Program-made: the position numbers and the translations under genes
From: the human T2T-CHM13v2.0 reference genome, Homo sapiens
Length of the DNA: 64,000 nucleotides
Direction: 5' to 3' (one strand)
NCBI RefSeq assembly: GCF_009914755.1
Contig: NC_060930.1
Shown: positions 28,060 through 39,286 of the stretch, piece by piece
How the letters are laid out: every line of letters begins with the position of its first letter
How positions within the stretch are numbered: the first letter of the stretch is position 1
The notes under the pieces: model-generated
What the model was told of the DNA's origin: nothing
The model's database searches: none
Seen by the model: only the letters and a program-made list of their open reading frames with translations

Positions 28060-28490
28060 AGGAACTGTGACAGGTGCTTTCTAAGCATCATCTCATTTCC
28101 TTCTCTTCTACTCCTCATATTACAGATGACAAAGCTGAAGTACAGAGAAGTTGAGTCACTTGTCCAAGGCCATATGCTGGCAAATGGTGGAATGGGGCCC
28201 TGTCTGATGTCAGAATCTACACTTTGTTTCATTCCATTCCCCCACAGTGGAAAATCTCTGACTTTGGAGTCATAGAGGTCTGCGTTGGAATCTTGGTTTT
28301 GCCATTTACTTGTTGAGAGGATTTGGGTAAGTGATAACTTCTCTGAACTTCAGTATCTTCATCTTTAAAATGAAGACTATAATATCATCCTCTCAAGGCT
28401 TTCATGACAATAAGGTTGTGTACGGACAGTGATTGCCACAGAGCAAGCACTTCAAGGGGGCAGCAGCTATTGTTAATATTACCATTTTGT
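28060..28490. mobile_element. Two head-to-head MIRs (- strand ~28060-28240, + strand ~28250-28490)
   Basis: TTACAGATGACAAAGCTGAAG..CAAGGCCA; GACTTTGGAGTCA..CTTCTCTGAACTTCAG. Confidence 0.7.
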
Positions 28491-31400
28491 TATGTACTTT
28501 TATTCACCCTATGCTCCCTTCCCTGGAGGCCCTCAGGAATGTTACTTCTCTGACATCCCTGACAATTTTTACCCCCTTGTTCACAAGTATCCTCCTCACA
28601 ACAGACCAACAGACTGGAGTGCCCTTTGGGTAGGGATGGGCCCAGAATGGGTAGGGCTGGATGTTGTGACTCATTGCTTCCTTCCCTCATTCCTGACCAC
28701 CTATAACTGCCAAATGGGATAAGATGACCAGTACCTCAGCCACAGTATCTCAGGACAGGCCTGGCTTCACACACTGATCCCACTGTTAGACCTTTCCCAT
28801 TTGTGGGGCTCATAAAATGTTCTGCATATTTACAATAACCTGAGTTTCTACTCCTGCTGTTGCAAAGCAGTTCAGTGGATGTCCTGCCCTGTGCAAATCT
28901 TCCAGTTGCCACTGACCATTATTCCAGGTCATTATTCCAGGTAGAGTTTCTCAGCTATCAGGCCCCGTAAAGAGCCCTGGGCAATAGACATCTCAGGTCA
29001 GCTTGCACCAGTTTTATGGCATTGAGGTAAACATGTCCCATTTCTGGACCTGAGCGTCCTCATCAGAGGCTAGGTTAGACGGAGCTCTAAGAGCCACATC
29101 AACCCTGGGGCTGAGCATCTGTTGAGGCCCCAGCTCACGTAGGCTCCCATGTTGATTTTCGAGTGAAACGTGGAAAGCGTGTGGTTCAGTTGCACAGTGG
29201 AGGTTGGTTGCACCTCCCAACCCCCATCCTTAAAGTGTGCCTACTTCTCCATCAGAAAGAAAACCTAATAAGGTGAAAAGCAGATTTCATAATTCCTTGT
29301 AATTCTCTTTGAGGGCTTCACAACATGGATTTTCTGTGCAATTACCTACAGAGAGCAGAAGCGATTAGAAACGCAGAAAGTTTTCTGGGTGTCATGTTAA
29401 GGCCTGACATGTGAGGAAGGAGGCTTAGAAGGCTGCACCCTCAGGAAAAAAGAGTTTAGCACTCATTTACACAGGGCCTGTTAGGTGCCTAGACCAAGCC
29501 CCAAATTGTTGAAAAATAATATCTTAAATATACAAACATCATCTATGTCCTTAAGGCTATTACAATTTACCTCAAAAGACAAAAACAACATGATTCCCAG
29601 ATTCCTGTTTTTTAAATATATGGTGGTTTATTCACACACAGTCAAGATTCCCTATGGCTCTGGGAACCTACACTCCAGGAGGAGATGGGGAGGGAATGAC
29701 CAAGTGACTCACAGAGCCCAAGGTGCTGTCCACAGGAAGGTAGTTGTCACCTCATGTTTATGGGATAGTGGGAGAAGGAGCAGAGATTAAGGCGGGAATG
29801 GGAAGTGACCCCTTGCTCAGGATCACACAGTTAGCTTGTCAGAGAAAAGCCCAGAAAAGGTCCTGGCCAGGCCTCAGGTGACCCCTGCAGACACAGACTG
29901 CACCACTACAGGTTGGCCTAGGGGCAGGAGTTGGGATCTTGGAGTTGACAGCCATTTTTCTCAGCTGTAAAATGGCTCAGAGGATTTTTGTCAGGGTTGC
30001 CACTCTGCTTTGTAAACTATGAAACACTGTATATGCGTGACCCAGATATTTAGAAAAGATGAAATAAAGCCTCATTATTATGCATCATTGATATTTTAAA
30101 TTACATGTATTAACAATAATAACAGGATTAAGCCCATAGAATCTCAAGAGCTAGAAGTGTTCTCTCATCAGCCTTCCTTATCTGGTGTTGGCATCCCCTG
30201 TTCTCTATCTGTGCCAAGTGGTATTAATCTCATTACAAATGATGAACACATTTAATTTCAGAATCCTCCCGGAGAAGAGAGCTACTTTAGGAGAAATTCT
30301 CATATACATCCTCCAGCCAGCCTGGTGTTCAATGGCTTGAGTGCCAGGCCTGTGGGACCTGTAGTGGGGAGGGCCAGGCCATCACTCTGACCCTCTTGGG
30401 AAACCCAGAGCTCCAGAGACCACAGAGTGACCCAAGCCTCTGTGGCTTTACCTGGGCCCAGCTGAAGTCTCTGTGACGCCCATTGTCTTCCTGCCAAGCT
30501 GGTCCTGCTTTTCATGACTTGGAGAAGATAAGAAAGCAGAGAGGGACAGGGGACAGCTGATATCCCCTGTGGCCCTGGATGAACACTTTGTTTTAGTTTT
30601 TACCAATGGAGGATCTCATAAGAACCCATAAATTTCCAGCCCTCCCTGCTGTAGCACTCAGGCTGGTCATGAGAAGCCAATACAGTTGCATTCAGCACCA
30701 GCACACACTGTCATCTTGGTGCCTTCATCATCCCTCACCCAACTACCTGTTTCTCAGGACTGCCACAGCGGCCTTACAGCTGAACATCCATGGGCCCAAG
30801 TCTCCCACAGTACCAGGTCTTCTGGTACAGGGGTCCATTCCTTGTAGAAATAAGAGTTCTCCTCTTATTAAAGTGAAAATACACATAGGATTGTTCTCCA
30901 ACTAAACCACAAGTACCAAGTCACCTAGTGACAGACGAGGCTGTGCTCAAAAAAGGTTGAAGACTGCTGTTAGCCCCCTCAGGCAGAGTGAAGGGCTGTG
31001 GGTGTGGTATACAGGGGCTGGCAGACAGAAGGCCAGGCCCTCTTTACACACTTCCCCTAACGTCCAGCTTCCCTTCGCCGCAGACCCACTGATCCTGACT
31101 GGAAGATGATCCTAACCTGGTCATCTGAGCTCACCAACCCAAACCCTGGCAATAACATACAAAATGCTGTTCTCAAGTGCTTTGAGGGGGGTCTGGTTGA
31201 CGGGCCAGTCTCCTTGGGCCAAAACAAAACTTCCAAGTTCTTCTAAAGTTTGCTGCCAAGGCTAAGGGACTCTGTCCACATTAAAGTGTTGGCTCTGGTG
31301 TTGATGCTACATGGAAAATATCTTTAGGTCACAGCTGAGATTCAGGACAAGGAGACTCGGGGTTGTGATAGAAGACAAAACATCTAGTTAGGTAGGTCTG

Positions 31401-31758
31401 TGTGCCAGGTATAAGAAGATCGGGGAAAGGTACTACTCTAATTTCCATTCCAAAACTATTATAGAAGGAGTTTGAAAAGATATCTTGAATTCATGGGTGG
31501 TCTTCCTCTCCCTCTTAACACACAATTGCATCATTTGGGCTGTCAGAAGTCAAAAAGTGGGTACTGAACAGTATGTAAAATTATATTCTAACATCTCTAG
31601 AGAACTCAAATTGTCATTCTCATCCTCGAAAGTTCAAATGGACACCCCCTCTCGTTTACAGAGAAGAAAACTGAGGCTAAACGTTTAAGTAGCTTTTCCA
31701 GATTTGCACAGGACTCAGAACTTACAAGGTGGAGTGGATCTCAGGACGGGTGATCTAA

Positions 31759-31943
31759 TTTCCTACCTGGAGCTCTGGCAAGTACCCACCCTCCCACCTC
31801 ATCTCTCTTATTTAACACCACCACATCACACATTCGATGGAGACACGAGAAGTGATACTGAGAAACACAAAGCAGCAAAAACAATGCCCTAGAAGCAGAC
31901 CATGAAAGATCTTGGAAGACTGACCAGTCTTCAGGCTTGGCAG
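31759..31943 (-). repeat. Local duplication copy A, containing an exon-like 91-nt cassette at 31857-31767
   Basis: Roughly 80% identical by eye to 32948-33149; minus-strand TTTGTGTTTCTCAG| ... CAG|GTAGGA. Confidence 0.9.
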
Positions 31944-32627
31944 GCTGCGCCAGAGCTTCCCACAGAGCCCACGGGTCCCTGCTGGCTCTGAAGTGGGCTG
32001 TGGGGGTGCCTGTGGAACCTGCCCTCCACTGGTGGAAGAAGTGAGGGGTAAGAAAGAAGGATTCAGCCAGAAACAAATGGGAGCCCCCTAGGATAGCCAG
32101 AGCTCACATGCAGCCCCCTCCACAGGTGGCTCCCAGCCCACCATTCCTGCAGGGAGAAGGAGGGCACAGTGGGGGCCACATGCCTGGAGAGCCCAAGGAG
32201 ATCCAGCCATCACTACTGGGACTAGGCCCCAGGGCCTGTCCAGCCTCCTGCCCAACTGCCTCTGAGAAAAGGGGATGGGGTGAAGGGAAAAAGTGAGGGA
32301 GAGAAGTCTATCTCTCAGCCAGGAAGAGCAAAGTCCCCCAGGCTCTCCCTAAATGCCCTGGGGCTCACTTGGCCACCCCTGCAGAACCACACACTCAGGC
32401 CTCCTCCAGTTAGAGGTTGAGTGTTTTTTCCCACCCCCCAGGCATGGGTGCTGGGAAATGATGGACTTAATAAAGTTTAACAAAGAAATGCAGTAGCCCT
32501 CTTTGGGTGGATAGTCCTCTTCTTTGGATGGGAGAAATAGGAACTTTCAGAAGATTCTAAGACATCTGGATAAACCAAGACTCTCTGAGTGGAGGCTGAA
32601 AAGTGATAAAGATTTTTGAGATCCTGG

Positions 32628-32895
32628 GCCTTCCAAAAAGCTCCACGACCCAACCTCCATGAAGGGAAGGCTCAGGCCAAGGGAGTGAGAGCTTTTAGAA
32701 AATTCCACAGTCCCTAAAGAGGCCATACGGTGACCTTTCAAGATGATAGGTTGAATGGGAAGGGAGACAATAGGGGTTCTGAAAGCTGAGCCTTCTAGAA
32801 AGTTCCACAGGTTGAGATAGCCCTCAACCCAACCTCCATGAAGGAAAGGCTGGGGCCCAGAGGATGAGACCTGTGCCTTCCAGAAAGCGCCATGA
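32628..32895. repeat. Short local repeat carrying HSE-like motifs
   Basis: GCCTTCYAGAAAGYTCCAC-like x4; ACCCAACCTCCATGAAGGRAAGGCT x2. Confidence 0.75.
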
Positions 32896-32947
32896 TCTGG
32901 TAACTGACTTGTGACCCAGCAGGGGCATGGTGGAAAGGTGGGCAGTG

Positions 32948-33149
32948 TTTCCTACCTGGAGCTCTATCACGTACCCACCCTCCAACTTCCTCTCTCTAAT
33001 TTAACATCACCACATCACACATTCAAAGAAAAGACTAGAAGTGACACTGAAAAACACAAGGCAACAGAAACAATGCCCAAGGGTTGACATAAAAACAAAG
33101 ACACAGGCCATGCAAGAGCTTGGAAGACTGACCAGCCTTCAGGCTTGGC
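32948..33149 (-). repeat. Local duplication copy B, containing an exon-like 91-nt cassette at 33046-32956
   Basis: Minus-strand CCTTGTGTTTTTCAG| ... CAG|GTAGGA. Confidence 0.9.
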
Positions 33150-34256
33150 AATCACCACCCTATTACACCTCTAAAAAAAACCAAGGCCAGAAAGACCATG
33201 TCATTGTTATCCATTGTCAGTGACAAGGCTGGAAACTTGACTGGCCTGATGCCAAAATCCCATTATAATCTGAAGCCTCAAGTAAGGTAAGACATTTGGG
33301 ACAGGGCCAGTGCACAGAATTGGAGGGATAAGAGGAAACCCTTCCTCTTGTTAGAAATCTTCCTCACCGTCCTCCCTTCAGGAGCCAGAGACCCCTAATC
33401 TTACCCCTCAAGTGCCAGAAACCTCGAGTCTCCCGCTTGCAGGGGCCAGGAAACCCCAGGTCTCAACCACCAGAGTACAGCCTCTGGGAGAGTCACTGAG
33501 ACAGTCCACGAGAGAAGGAGCAGCCAGGAGATCCCCCAGCTCCTTGTACTGGAAGGTGGTCTGGCCCTCAGTCTAGTTAGGCCTTGGCATCCTGGTATCA
33601 ACTGGTTTAACTGCCGTGTATCCCACTGTCTGGAAAGTGTACCAGATGACCCAGAGACCACCTTCGCATGGCTTCTGAGGCAGGAATCAGAGGCACAAGC
33701 TGCCTGCCGAGATTCCAAAGCACTGGTGTCACCCTGAGGGGTGGAAAGGAACGTCACAGTGGGTGGCCACCCCATGCTTGCTTTGGGGACTGATACTAGG
33801 GGTTCAGGACACCTGTAAGGGGTCTAAGGCAACTGAGTGTTTCAGCATTGTAGGGCCTAGGCAGCTGATCCCCTGTGAGATGAACCAAGGCTGTTGTGGC
33901 CGACTGGTGGTCTAGGCCCCTGGTGGGCCTTGAGATGTTAGGACACAGGCTGGGCACTGGGCAGCTGATATGCTCCAGGAATAGCCAAGGCACCCCGTCT
34001 AAGAGGCAACCCTGTGGATGCAACATTGTAGGAAACAGGTGGCCAGGAGCCAATGTGCTTTTCAGGAGATAACAGTGTCTCCTCTCTGAAGGCCCATTGG
34101 CAAGTGGGCACTGGACAGCCAAGCCTGCACATGCTAAATCAACTAAGGCACTAAGATCATCCTCTAGTCCTTTCTGGGGCTGGCAGCAGAGGTGCTGGTG
34201 TGGCCCAGTGACAGGGGACCAATGGAACTGGCAAGATAATATACTTGAAAGACATC

Positions 34257-34911
34257 CCCCGTCTGGGAGGTGGGGGGTGCCTCCGCCTGGCCGCCGCCCC
34301 ATCTGGGGGTGGGGGGCCCCTCTGCCCGGCTGCCATGTCTGGGAGGTGATGAGCCCCTCTGCCCGGCCGCCACCCCGTCTGGGAGGTGTACCCAACAGCT
34401 CATTGAGAACGGGCCATGATGACGATGGCGGTTTTGTCGAATAGAAAAGGGGGAAATGTGGGGAAAAAAAGAGAGATCAGATTGTTACTGTGTCTGTGTA
34501 GAAAGAAGTAGACATAGGAGACTCCATTTTATTCTGTACTAAGAAAAATTCTTCTGCCTTGGGATGCTGTTAATCTAGAACCTTACCCCCAACCCCGTGC
34601 TCTCTGAAACATGTGCTGTGTCAACTCAGGGTTAAATGGATTAAGGGCGGTGCAAGATGTGCTTTGTTAAACAGATGCTTGAAGGCAGCATGCTCCTTAA
34701 GAGTCATCACCACTCCCTAATCTCAAGGACCCAGGGACACAAACACTGCGGAGGGCCGCAGGGTCCTCTGCCTAGGAAAACCAGAGACCTTTGTTCACAT
34801 GTTTATCTGCTGACATTCCCTCCACTATTGTCCTATGACCCTGCCAAATCCCCCTCTCCAAGAAACACCCAAGAATGATCAATAAACACTAAAAAAAAAA
34901 TTAAAAAAAAA
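34257..34911 (+). mobile_element. 5'-truncated SVA (older, B/C-like): VNTR remnant, SINE-R and poly(A)
   Basis: CCCCGTCTGGGAGG VNTR units; SINE-R ending CCCAAGAATGATCAATAAA; TSD AAAGACATC (34248-34256, 34912-34920). Confidence 0.97.
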
Positions 34912-35595
34912 AAAGACATCAAGAACATGGGGTGTGTACTTCCTACTAACTTTTGAGACTTGCAGAGGCCCAGGCCAACTGTCAAGGGTCAAAGCACTGC
35001 ATGAACTTAACAGTGGGAGTTTAGAGAAGGTTGGGCATCCAGGGCACCAGAAGGAGGAGCAGGCCATGAGGAGGTGAATGTGAAGGCCAGCCGGCAATGC
35101 ACACTGAAAACCACAAAGGCCATGCCAAGGCAAGCCTCAATGGCTTCGGCAGCTGGTACTGGTGGTCCAGGCTCCTTGCCAAGGGGCTGAGGCATTGATG
35201 TAACTCTGGGGATGTGGGTTATGTGGGCAAATTGGGGGCCAGGCAGCCATGCCCTCTAAGAAGAATCAAGTCAATGTGCCAACTACTACTGCCAAGGTTT
35301 GAGGCTTTAGTGCTGACCCAGTGAAGCAGGGTCCAGTAAGACCAGCCAATACACCTTAGGTAAACCAAGGCAGTGTGAAAACAATGCTCTGTTTCTGGGG
35401 TATTGGTGTGGCCCCAGGGATCTAGGGCGAAGGGGCCCAGGCAGCCACGATACTCTGAGAATTTCCAAGGCAATGCAGTGGCTTCCCTGCAAGGTCTTTT
35501 GTGGCTGGAACCCATGGTTCAGGCCCCTTTCCAAGGAGTCATTGGTGTGGCCCCAGCAATAAGGAGAACATGGGGAAAATGTGGAGCCCAACTCA

Positions 35596-35757
35596 CAGAA
35601 TTGACAGATAAAATACAGAATGCCCAGCCTAATTTGAACTTTAGATAAACCACAAATAATGGCATGAAACATACTTACAAAATATTATTTGTTGTTTATC
35701 TGAAATTTAAATGTCACTGAGCATTCTGTATCTTTATTTGCTAAATCTTGCAACGTG
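35596..35757. mobile_element. MER53, internally deleted
   Basis: CAGATAAAATACAG..TTTGAACTTTAGATAAAC ... GTTTATCTGAAATTTAAAT..GCTAAATCTTGCAAC palindrome. Confidence 0.85.
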
Positions 35758-35920
35758 CGATCCATTCAGCCCATGTATTCTAAGAACCCAGGCAGCACAG
35801 AGGCCACCCTCATCGCTGTGGGGCTGGCACCAGATGCTTTGTCACTGCCAAGGGTGAGTCCCTCCTGTGGCCACAGTGGTGTGGGAAAACACCAAGGCAA
35901 ACCACGATGACCCTCTAATG

Positions 35921-36525
35921 CAGCCCTGCCCAACGGAGGCACGTGGGTCATTTTACACATGTGCCTCAGTAGCCACATTAAAAAGTAAAAAGAAATAGGT
36001 GAAATTAATTTGAATAACCCAATATAGCCAAAATAATATCCTTTCAACATGTAATCAATATAAACATATTAATGAGATATTTCACATTTCTTTTTTAGGA
36101 CTAAAGTTTCAAAGTCTGGTGTGTAGCTTGGTGCATCTCAACTTGAACTAGGCACATTTCAACATTTGAAGCGCTCACTAGCCACTTATACCATGGTGCA
36201 GCTTTTTTTTTCTTTTTTCTTTTTTCTTTTTTAAGACAGGGCCTCGCTCTGTCCCCCAGGCTGTAGTGCAGTGGTGCAATCTCAGCTCACTGCAGCCTCA
36301 AAGCCTGGGGCTCAAGCAATCCTCCCACCTTGGTCTCCCCAAGCAGCTGAGACTACAGGTGCACCCCACCACATGTGGATAATTTTTGTATTTTTTGTAG
36401 AGATGGGGTTTTACCATGTTGCTCAGGCTGGTCTTGAACTCCTGGCCTCAAGTAATCCACCTGCCTCAGCCTCCCAAAGTGCTGGAAATACAGGCATGAA
36501 CCATCATGTCCAACCCATAGTGCAG
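35921..36525. mobile_element. MER33 (hAT-Charlie) split by an AluJ
   Basis: TAGCCACATTAAAAAGTAAAAAGAAATAGGTGAAATTAATTT...TTTCAACATGTAATCAATATAAA. Confidence 0.85.
36203..36514 (-). mobile_element. AluJ
   Basis: GACAGGGCCTCGCT and GCTCAAGCAATCCTCCCACC; TSD CCATRGTGCAGCT. Confidence 0.93.
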
Positions 36526-38551
36526 CTCTTATAGCATCTGGGGATGGCACTCAGCACCTTGCCAAGAGTTCCAGGCCTTGGTGGATTCTAGTGATGTTAA
36601 GGATGCAGGGGCCAGGGAGCCAATGAACTCTAAGAAGAACCAAGGCAATGTGAGGACTACTTTCTCATGACTACTTGGGTTTCCCTGATGGCCCAGCCCC
36701 CTGCCAAGGGTCTGTGGTTTTGGGGTAAGCCCAGGGATGTGGGAGACTGGACAGTCAACACACTCTGGGAAGAAACAAGGTAAGGCTTACATTCCTCTCT
36801 AATGGGTGTAGAGACAGGCACCAAAGCCCCAGGCCCCAAGCCTAGGGTCTGAGTCAATGGAGTTGCCATTAATTTGGGGGAGATTTAAAGTTATTTGAAG
36901 GGGGCTAAGCAGCCGGGTAATATCTGTGGCAAGAGCCAAGTTAATGCAGTGACTATGTTCCAATGACTACAGTGGCTGACCTCAGAAATCAAGACCCCCT
37001 GATGACAGGTGATGTGGGGAGTGGTAGCCAACCAATATTGTCCTCAAAGAATCAGGCGACATGGTGAGCTCTGGAGTTGTCACAAAGGCACAAGGCCCTG
37101 CCAAGGGTCCCAAACACTGATGTGGCCTATATGACTTGAGGAAGAGGAGTGGGTGGGAGTCAATACACTCTCAGAAATAAATTCAAGGCATGTTGTCTTG
37201 CAGGTGGGGCCAAGCAGCCACTGTGGTCAATTTCACTCTCTGCCCCAGTAGCACTCAGATCCCACCCTCCAGAGCCATTCCTCCTCCCAGGACCTGTGCT
37301 CTTCCTCCAAGAATGTCTCTAGCTGACATTCTTGGCATGGCAACTGGGCACAAAGTATGCCTACCCCCTGGGATGGCCCACACCAGGCAAACAAAGCAGG
37401 GAGAGGTTGTCATTTTCTCTTGTTATATAAGTTCCTACACAATTGCCTCTGGTCCTCAAAGCCTAAAATGTTTGCTAATCCCTACTCTATATCATGACTT
37501 TCAGAGGCTGGACCAAAGGTCAAGACCCCTGCCAGGGATCTTAGGCCCCAGGGTGGCTCCTGTGATACGTGGGAGGGGGCCAGGCAGGCAAAACACCAAA
37601 AACCGAGACAACATGGTACCCACATTCTAGTGCTTTCTGAGACTGGCACTAGAAGCTAGGTTTCCTGCCAAGATTTGACACTTGGCATGCCCCTGGAGAT
37701 GACATCAGCCCCGGGGGCGGGGGTTGATGTCCCTGAGATTGCATCAGCCCCAGGGGACAATGTGAGCTCCCTAATGACCTGCCACTGAAGGGCGAGTGAA
37801 GAGACCCTTCACCAGGGCAGCCTGCTTACTCAACTATGCATTGCCAGAAAGGTGGCTGGCATGGGGCAGACAGAATCATTTCATTCCCTGGTCAGGAGTT
37901 TTCCTGGTGGAGGACCAGTTGTAAAATATGGGTGTATGAGGGATCCACAGAAAATGTAGCCACATAGGGATGGAACTGTCTAACACGTGTGATGTCGGTA
38001 AACTCAATGAGCGGAGGATGGCAGAATGGTTCTGCTCTGTTAATAGCTCCAAGGTGGAAGGAAAATGTGGATGTGTGTTCTGAAGTAGGAGCCTTGGAAA
38101 AAAGCTGGCCCAAAAGAGGAGCTCCTCTTCTTGTGCGACAGGACAGGAGGGTGAAGGAGAGTACAGAGACCCACCAAACTGACGAGCTGGGAATTTAAAG
38201 TCATTAACTTGGAGAGGTCTAAGATGATTGGGCATTACCTCTGTCTGCAGAGTAGGGTTGAAGATGGAGGGCAGAGAAAGGTGGAGGCAGGAGTGGGGAA
38301 AAAAAGGGAAAGGAGTAGGGTAGTCAGTGCAGGAGGTGCTTAGAGCACATTTGCAGCTTAGCATAAAGACTAGAGCCTCTTGAAGAGGGCTTAAAAAGGT
38401 CAGAGGACAGCATTCAGATTCGTGTCTTCCGGCTAAATGAAGTTGTATGGGCCATTCTCAGAAAATGTTGGGTATTGTGGTCCCAGGCTGAGAAAGTATC
38501 CAGAAGGTCAAGGTGCCCCATGACCAGGGTTCAGGTTTGGCAAATCAGGGG

Positions 38552-39286
<735 letters not shown>

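Larger units (their letters stand above)
33640..37690. repeat. Ancient, highly diverged tandem array of ~140-bp units (about 20 full or partial units), interrupted by SVA, MER53 and MER33/AluJ
   Basis: Recurring ordered motifs CCCTGCCAAGGGTC - TTGGTGTGGCCCC - GGGGCCAGGCAGCCAATACACTCT - AGAAGAACCAAGGCAATGTG; anchor spacings 142, ~137 and 136 bp. Confidence 0.8.

Noticed and set aside
28916-28942. Short tandem duplications (CATTATTCCAGGT x2; also 10935 and 1076)
   Set aside because: Ordinary slippage duplications
33796-34395. 199-aa minus-strand ORF with VDL..PQG resembling LINE RT motifs
   Set aside because: It starts inside the SVA VNTR, the motif spacing is too short, there is no YADD, and the sequence is better explained by the tandem array
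35343-35354. Partial complementarity of the unit motif CAGCCAATACAC to miR-449a
   Set aside because: It lacks the seed match CACTGCC; only one unit (~35844) has CACTGCCA, which could be chance
35596-35757. MER53 as a miR-1302-type precursor
   Set aside because: The central arm complementary to the mature sequence is deleted and the remainder is diverged
33640-37690. Array as CRISPR, hammerhead/hairpin ribozyme or H/ACA snoRNA cluster
   Set aside because: Primate DNA with no repeat-spacer pattern. CUGANGA/GAAA and hairpin-ribozyme loop B are not consistently present. An H-box-like AGAAGA exists but no conserved terminal ACA was seen
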